Source: Dimorphilus gyrociliatus
Taxonomy: Eukaryota > Animalia > Annelida
DNA: 64,000 bases
NCBI GenBank assembly: GCA_904063045.1
Contig: CAJFCJ010000003.1
Coordinates: forward strand, 2,652,504-2,716,503
Reading direction: 5' to 3'
Positions 56,003 through 64,000 of this stretch are shown one piece after another. The position numbers and the translations under genes are program-made. The stretch's first letter is position 1, and each line of letters opens with the position of its first letter. Under the pieces are notes generated by a model. The model saw only the letters and a program-made list of their open reading frames with translations, was not told where the DNA came from and made no database searches.

Positions 56003-58780
56003 TGTACATTTAAAGGAAAAAAGAAGAAGAGCCTTTCCCCCAAAGAGGTCATTTGTTTAAAGAGTGTCGATCTGCTTGTTTTCTAGTCTAGCTTTTTTTA
56101 GCTACCTCCTTTTTCTTTCACTTTTGGTCGCTCTCTCACTCATTCACTATGTATCTATCTCTGTGCCTGTCTCTTTCTCTGTTTCTTGATCGTCCTTCTC
56201 CTCTTCTTAATTTTGTATTTTCCAAGTGTAGATGTTTTCATTCTTAACTTAGGTAAATACAACAAGTCATAGACTTTGCTAATGTTAAGAATATAGAGAA
56301 TATTTACATTTTCATTTCATTATCGTTAATTACCTTATTAATATTTATGGTTATACATAGGATACCATATTCTTAAATTTATTAACAGTTTATTCTACAT
56401 AGTTCCTAATTATTGTTTTCAATTGATGGTTGTCGAAAGCCTTTTAATAATAATACTCTATAGTAAGGATAGTCTAAATCATTGTCATGTAACTCCTTTA
56501 AACATCGAAAACATTGTCTCTTTGGTCGAAAACACCCGTCAGCGAAAAAACTAGGTAGATTGCTGTTCCGGGATTTGCGCCGCAAATTCGACGCCAATTG
56601 CCAATCGCCTTCTTCACTTTGGCGATGGCGCGTCACTATTCCCCCTTCCTCCCCCCTTCCCTCTCGCCCTGTCTTTATTTCGCTATTTTCAAACTATTGT
56701 AATGCTCATCGGCCCTTCATTTTCTTCGTCTCACTATTCCTATACTTTCGTCTCCCTTTTGCACTGTTTGTCTACTTTCTTTCTATTCTATAGATTGGCA
56801 GATGGTTAAACACTCTTAGCATATCTTAGATTTACTTTTTCTTTTCTCTAACGCATGTCTGATTCTACCACCTAAGTCAAGGGAAAGAACATTGGGTCTT
56901 AAAGGCTTGAGCAACAACTAAACCCTCATTGGTGAAGCTTTGACAGATTGATGATACGCCAAAATTAACTTCACACCGTTTTGTTGAGAAATTTATTGTT
57001 AAAATTCTTCGTATATCGTGAATATTCCCAAAGGTTCTTAAGGCAAAAAGGAGAGAGGTGGGGTGAAAAACGAGGAAAACAAGAGAGAGATGGGGTGAAG
57101 GATATATTCATCTATACATAAATAGTGAAGATTTTTTCGTTTCGAGGAGACGACAGGGAATTAGAGGCAATCGGATAGCGTCATCAAAGTGTAGGGCTAA
57201 TGGAGGTGTAGGACAGGTTATGAGTACTATCAAGCGTCTCTCAGACGTGCTAACGCTGAATGCGTCAAAGTGATCGATAACAGTGATAGGTCACCCACGG
57301 TTTTACATTCGATCACGTGATTTTGGCCTGCTATAACTAATAATGTTGTTGTTACCCCTCATCTCCCTCTTTGCTTCAATCCCTCTCTTCTTGTAATATC
57401 CGCTTTTAGTATCAACTTACACAATAAATATGCTACTCTGCACTAAAAACAAAGATAAGGATGGAAAAATGGAAATTTTCTCAACAAGTTTTAGTTTTAT
57501 TACCCAGAAAGAGCAAGCTATGGAGGAAATGGGAATTAGTTCCCAGAAAGAAATGTTGGAAAGAGCGGCTAAATCGATTGTAAGATGTCTCTGATGATAG
57601 TAGACAGTCTGGTCGACTTCTCTAACCTTCCAACCCTATTACAAAATAAGGTTGAGAACTGAAGAGCAATGACACAATCCATTAGAAATGTTCACCATCT
57701 AAAACAGAAACTCTAGATTGCTAATTGACTGGTTCCGAAAGGCTAGCTAATAAATAATAGACCTAAACACAATTCCTTTCCCCGCCCTACAAAAAAAAAG
57801 GTGAAATTGGGATTGAGTTAAATTTTCCTTTTTCCTCTTTTACTCTTTTCTTAAATAACATTTTCTCTTAAATTTCCATCATTCTCTTTTTTGATTATTT
57901 GACCTTGATTTTCCTTATTCAATATGCTACAAGAAAAAAAAATCTCTGTGATTGTTCTCTTTCTTGTTTAAATTAATCTTTCTCCTCAATTAAATCTAGA
58001 GCTCTCTTCTTAAATTTTTATGTTTTTGCTTATTTGTTAACGATAACAGAAATTGAGGCATAGTAATTGTCCAAAAAGTGAATGTCTAGAGAGTTTCTCT
58101 TTACATTTATATATAGAAATTTTAAATAGAATTTACTGTATATTTTATAGTCTTTCTAAAAGAGATTTTATTCATTTATCTCTAGTTTATCTTTATCAAT
58201 TGACATAAATATTTAAATGTAGATATATATATATATAGTTTTAATAATAATTATTTTCTTTCACAATCATTTTAGATTAATAACGTTTTTATTCTAATAA
58301 CTTTCTCATTTATAATCTGAACTATTTCCCCATAGTAAGATTTTCGCTAAAGTGATTTTGTAATAGAGAAAGTGATAATTATTGTGTTTACAACACACGA
58401 AGCACTACGGACATCTAGCGTTAATTTCTCACAGGGATAGACTATTTATTTAGAAAAGGATAAAAATGGATCATAAATAGACAATAACCATGAGATATTT
58501 AATAAATCTTTTAAAATCTATAACTTTAATTGGAAATAGCATTAACTTTCTTTTGTTGTATATATAAATATAACATTTTTCTAATATAGAGATTATAATA
58601 GATTGGAAAAGTATTCTAAAGTACAGATTCTTTCTTTTTAAATCAAATTTAATCAATTGTTTAATTGTTCCTTTTCCCTTTAGAAATAGACACTCTTCTT
58701 TAACAATCTTGTGTCATCAATGAAATATTTTTTAGTAGGTCTTAATTAAAAAATAAGAAGTAAATAAGCTAGAAAAACAG

Positions 58781-58824
58781 AGGAGGAGGAGGAGGAGAAG
58801 GAGGAGGAGAAGGAGGAGGAGAAG
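58781..58824. repeat. (GGA)n / GGAGGAGGAGAA purine repeat
   Basis: Tandem GAGGAGGAGAAG units. Confidence 0.85.
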
Positions 58825-61800
58825 GGCGGAGGGCGGAAATGTAACTTAGTTTTCCAACAATTTCATTGATTAAAAGTCAAGTTTGGCAAACTTAATTAGA
58901 GTAATTTCTAAAACTTTTAGCAGGCGCACAAACAAAAGAGAAACGACTGGTCACGCTCATTAAACAATTTTAGACCTAAGAGTACTTTTAGATGTAAAAG
59001 TACTCTATGTATTCTGCCAAACATGTCCGTTTCTTTCCAATAATTTAGTTGGATAAAGGATAATTTAACGATGGCATCCAATATCTTACTAGAAAGAAAG
59101 ATACTTTTGCTCTTATTATAATTATATCACGTGACTTGTTTATCTTAAATCTATTTCGAGCCTACAGTTAACGATTTTAGACGGAATATTCTATCAATTT
59201 TCTTTATGAATAAAGCAGCAAATAATATTATTTTATTCCATTTTACGCTGAATAAACTCTTTACGCTATGAGTTTAAGTATACGGTAGATGGCGCCGGTT
59301 GTATTACTAAATTCTCCAATAATCCAAAAAAAAGAAGCCCTTATGAGAGTTCAAATGTTTCTTATCGATTACCATTGGGGTATTTTACCGATTAGAAGCT
59401 TACACTAGTTCTACTTGTGGATTATTTTGCCAAAGATAAAATATTACATCATAATAGTAAAAAATGTTTCAGTCAGTACTCACCACAGTTGCTTTCCTTT
59501 TTTAAAGAACCTAGTGACAGTCAATTTTAATTGGATCGCATTACGAAAGTCTGAAAAAAAAAACAACGAAGTTTCTTTAATGTAAACATTGTATAAAATT
59601 AGCTATAAGAGCACTAATTATCTTGACAGATTAGTAACTATTTATTTCTCAAATACGTCACATTAAACATAAACTTTCTTCCATTTCAAGCATCGCAGAA
59701 AACTTTGCATTTTTTTTTGTTTTTTCATCATTTACTTATAAACCTTATTTCTCCTTAAGACACGCTTACTTTATTATCTCTAAGCCAGTAGGTTAATAAG
59801 TAAATCTATAATAACGATAGTTAAGTAGTTTACAAATACACTTTTCTCTGCAGATGTTGTTTAAGAATTTTGTACTAACAAATATTACCACGTGTTAATG
59901 CAATTGGCTAATAAGTTTAAAAGAGTAAAAATGATGAAAACTGCTGACCGATACATGTTTATTACAAAGTCAGGTTTCTAGTAATCATTAAATTTTAAAG
60001 AGTTTAAGTAACGTCGATTAAAAATTTAGGAAAGAATGCTTTTTATATTTGACAAGAAAGGGAAGCAGTAATGCAACAGTAAAACGAGACGCTGGAAAGA
60101 AGATAGTAATAATAATAAAGAAAGGAAAGAAGATAAGAGCTTAGAAAACTAGAAATTCATTATATAGAGTTCGAGAGAGAGAGAGAGAGAGAAAAATATC
60201 CAAAATACAAAGTATAAAGTAAACTAAATAATTAGAAGAATATAAAGGTTTATATATACACAAGAGTATATATCCTTTCAAGATTTTTTTTACAAATAGT
60301 CATTTATATATCCATATATTTAAAATGTATATACAGTCTATGTTTGTAGTTGAAGAATATAAAGAAATATCCTCTCTTTCTTTCTTTTTAATCAAAACTT
60401 AAAAAGACTGATATGGACGAAAAATATATTAAAAAAATAAAAGAAAGAATATGCATACTTTTATATTAAATAAACTAACAGTTGCTATGTTTTTTGTTTG
60501 CTGTGTTGACAAACTAAGATTCAGAATTAGTGTAGAAATTTTACTGTATATTTTACTAACTTAAAAAAAAGTCGATATGAAGTCGGTAAATAGCTAAGGA
60601 ATTAGCTTAGTCATCCGTCTGGGTAGTTGAAAAAGAAAACAGAAAGAGGAAATTTCTCGCCAGAAACCTTTCTAGATAGTTTGTCTATTTGCAAATTTTA
60701 TAGGCCTGTATTTGAGGTTACTCAGAGTGAGATAAGTAGACTAAAAATAGATTTTTACATTTTTTTAATAAATATGTATCATTTAATAAAAAAAGAGGAG
60801 AATATCGTGTATTGCCATACTGCGCACAGACATATATATAAGCGCAGCTGCGATTGGAATGGAAGATAGGAAAAAGGTGCTCTTTTATCCCTCAGATTGC
60901 TCTTCTTCTCATCTCCTATTTCGCAGCTTTTGCAGATCCTGTTAAGGAGGGTCGAGAAAGGTGGAATGTTTAATCTCGTAAGAGCATGTTTCGCTTGCTG
61001 AATAGTGAATGAGACAGTTCCGCCTCTGATGTTCCAATTGTACATCATTTATAATGCACCCTTGTAGATAACTGTAGTGTGGGTCCTAATTTCCTGTCAC
61101 TCTTTGATCTCGACAGTTTTCATTGGTTATTAATAGAACAATGTTCTTGTAGCTTTTTTTCTTTTTCAGTAAAAGGCAAATATTATAATTCAATTGATTT
61201 ACTATGAAAATATTATCACTCTTTTTTCTTTCGTTTTTGTAATGATTCAAAATCTTTGTTTCCTTAATTCTTTTCCTACTAATTAACGATTTAGTATGAG
61301 AGATACCGTTATCCAATTATCATCCTCCTCTGTACCTTAAACACGGTATACGTGTTACATCTTATTGCCTATTATCTATATGTAACAATTGATAATTAGG
61401 TAAATATAAACATTGAATAAGGGGTTAGATGAAATGGAACGAAAGAAATGCGAGAAAATGAGGACAAAGCTAATTCAAAAGGAAAGGATTTCAAAAGAAG
61501 ATGAGAGAAGGGGACAAAAGCAAAAAAAAGTAAAGTATCAACGACAAACTAAGAACACACAGAGTACTGTATTTTTTTTTCATAAAAAAAACTCCTGTTA
61601 GTATATAGTATAAATTATATACTGTACTTTCCACATGTATTCTATTCATGTGCAAGAAAACATTATGTTGGTTATAGTAAATCTGAATTAATTTGAATAT
61701 ATTAAAAGGAAAACATATTACTTTTTCACCCATAACCTTGGTGCAACGATAGAAGAAAAAAAAGAACTTTGCTTATGAAATGGACTTTCTCACCGTTAAT

Positions 61801-63748
61801 CTTAGGTTATTTACTGGTTTTTCCATATTAATAAGATCCTTAGCATAAATGTATCTCGTATGCATTCGGATGTTGTTTAGCATAAAAGGAAGTTGACCTT
61901 CTGTACTATACGATATCTTTATACCTCGCGTTATCGTTTTCTATTGATATAAAATGCCTTCTTCAATTTTCTACTAAAGCATAATGTTTATATATAACGT
62001 TTAATTAAAGTTTATATTTAATTACTTAGTTAATTAAAAACAGCTTTCATTTGGCACATTCTGTTTTTTCATTTTAATACAAAGCTGTATAATTAATTTT
62101 GATTTCTTTCTATAGATTCTTTTACTATAATCAAAAGATGCTCTCACACCCAAAAATCCAATAAACATCTGCATAAATATAGCTCTAGAGGGGAAATACT
62201 ATACAGTAAAAACTGAAACGATTATCGACTATAGATATTATAAATAACGAAATGGTATATATATTAAACTATCTTCAAGTTAAAATCACAGAGTAATCTT
62301 AAGAATAAATTGGACCCGGTCTAACTTGTTAATAAATTACTAATTATCAGTAAAAGTTAATAAGAGGAGTTAATAGTCAATTAGTCAGCTAATTAAGGTT
62401 AATTTATTCAACTGCCGTAATCTCATGGGAAGAGGGGAGAGGAGCAGCGGGTACATAGTGCAAGAAGGACGATATTTGTAGTAAAGTATTTTATTAACAC
62501 ATTTTGACAAAAGTTGCAAAAGAGAGATAGAGTGGGAGAGAAAGAAACATTCGGAAATGGAAAGCAAAAGCGATCAATTCTAGTTAAAAGATGATTTATA
62601 AGAAACGGCGTATGCAACTCGGTATTGTCATTAATTAATAGATTGCACTGAAATCATTGACGAACACTCGACGTATCGATAACATTTACGCTAGACGCCA
62701 TCGATCATGACGAGAAACGCTGAGGGGGGGAGGGGGAATATTTTTACAACGTTCTCTCTTCTTCTATGCGTTTTTCCTTCGTTTTATGTCGTCTTTGCCT
62801 ATTTTCTATTATTTTGTTTTTGCTTGGACCTTTTTATCATAGGCAAAACAACACCAAAGACAAACGCCTGGAGTAAATTATCAAAAGGCTAATATCGGGC
62901 GTCTACCGACAACGCTTTTGAAGTTCTCTTAGAGAAGTTTATGAAGCGTAGGCGGTCGGTTAATTCTAATGTAATACGATTTGAGAAGAAAGTGAAATGT
63001 TTACATTTCGGCACCTGGAGGTTACCATAGAGTCTTTTCCAAAATGTTCTACTTCTAAAACAGTACGGTATACTTATAACTTATAATGCCAAAGTAGTTG
63101 AATAAAAAAAAACTCTGTCTAATCTCGTTTCTTTCTCTTCGCCTTATTGAGATCCGCTTCATACGCAAACAGTTTTTACCTGCGTTAATAGGTATACTTA
63201 ATATGCAAATTAACCGCAGGCTTTACCCATTAATATAAAGTGAACAAGAGATTTTTTTTGTTTTCTATATCATTCATTCAGTAAAAAATTTTCAAGTTTT
63301 GTTGTTGTTGTTTTTTTCCCCAATTATCATTTGACTTTCCCAAAAAGTGATAAAGTTATTCTTAACGTGACGAAATCATAGGGAAAAAAATTTCTTGAAT
63401 TCGCAAATTTTCTGTTCCGTTTGAAAAATTAGACGCCTTTATTTAATTATTAATACTGCACTTGACACTGCTAATATTTTATTGGGATTTTATAATGAAT
63501 TGTAATTAGAGTAGTTTGCTGTTACTTGACAAACACTTTCCTATTTTTCAATGTATATATAATGTGTATATTTTGATTATCTTTCTTTACAATACATATA
63601 TAAATATATACTAATAATATATACTATACGAAGTTTGTTTGATTATTTGAAAAATGAAATATAAAACCTTGTAATTGGCATTGATCGAGTACTAAAAAAA
63701 CTTCCAGTTGAAAGGTTATGACCCTTTTTCTATTCCTAGTGCTGTACA

Positions 63749-63791
<43 letters not shown>

Positions 63792-64000
63792 TTTAAATTA
63801 AGATAAAAGATATCTGTATGCCGATACAATATAAATGTATTCATTCTGAAATTAACCAAGTTAATTTACCTTGATAAATTGCTTATAATTCAATATTCCC
63901 TCTCACAATTTCTATTTCTATCTCTTTCCTCAGTCTTTCCAATACTCTATATTGCTTATTTTTATGGAAAATATTCTATAGAATGGTTGGTTTCTTTTAA

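Noticed and set aside
56406-56793. Overlapping 76-aa and 103-aa ORFs
   Set aside because: No recognisable domain or splice support; better explained as a GC-rich regulatory patch with CCAAT-like words.
60779-61048. 89-aa ORF with Cys residues
   Set aside because: No family motif or consistent exon boundaries were found.

Overview
AT-rich eukaryotic (invertebrate animal) genomic DNA with spliced genes; no prokaryotic features, CRISPR arrays, tRNAs or rRNAs were seen. Bases ~0.6-25 kb are gene-dense with mostly 50-90 nt introns: a PRR5/Protor-like gene, an uncharacterised RFX X-box-driven coiled-coil gene, a CUB + C-type lectin receptor, a sulfotransferase, glucose-6-phosphate isomerase (GPI), an Aa_trans amino-acid transporter, a decayed copy of the GPI 3' end, glutathione S-transferase omega, a small D/D-domain gene and iodotyrosine deiodinase. 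Bases ~25.6-55.4 kb hold one large minus-strand gene, a four-CUB SOL-1-like (suppressor of lurcher) protein of about 620 aa that I assembled by hand from 8 phase-compatible exons, most of which the ORF track misses. The most interesting signal is that this locus appears to encode its two halves separately as well: a second signal-peptide exon (31312-31393) splices in frame to CUB3-4, and the exon ending CUB2 reads straight into a stop codon and AATAAA. TACAGTA/TACTGTA words matching Tc1/mariner excision footprints recur across the window, as do CTCF-like and E-box motifs, and there is a perfect 21-bp hairpin at 55957-56002. Exon models, motif counts and family assignments were made by eye from memory, without database searches. 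A compact-genome lophotrochozoan (for example a small annelid) is a guess only.
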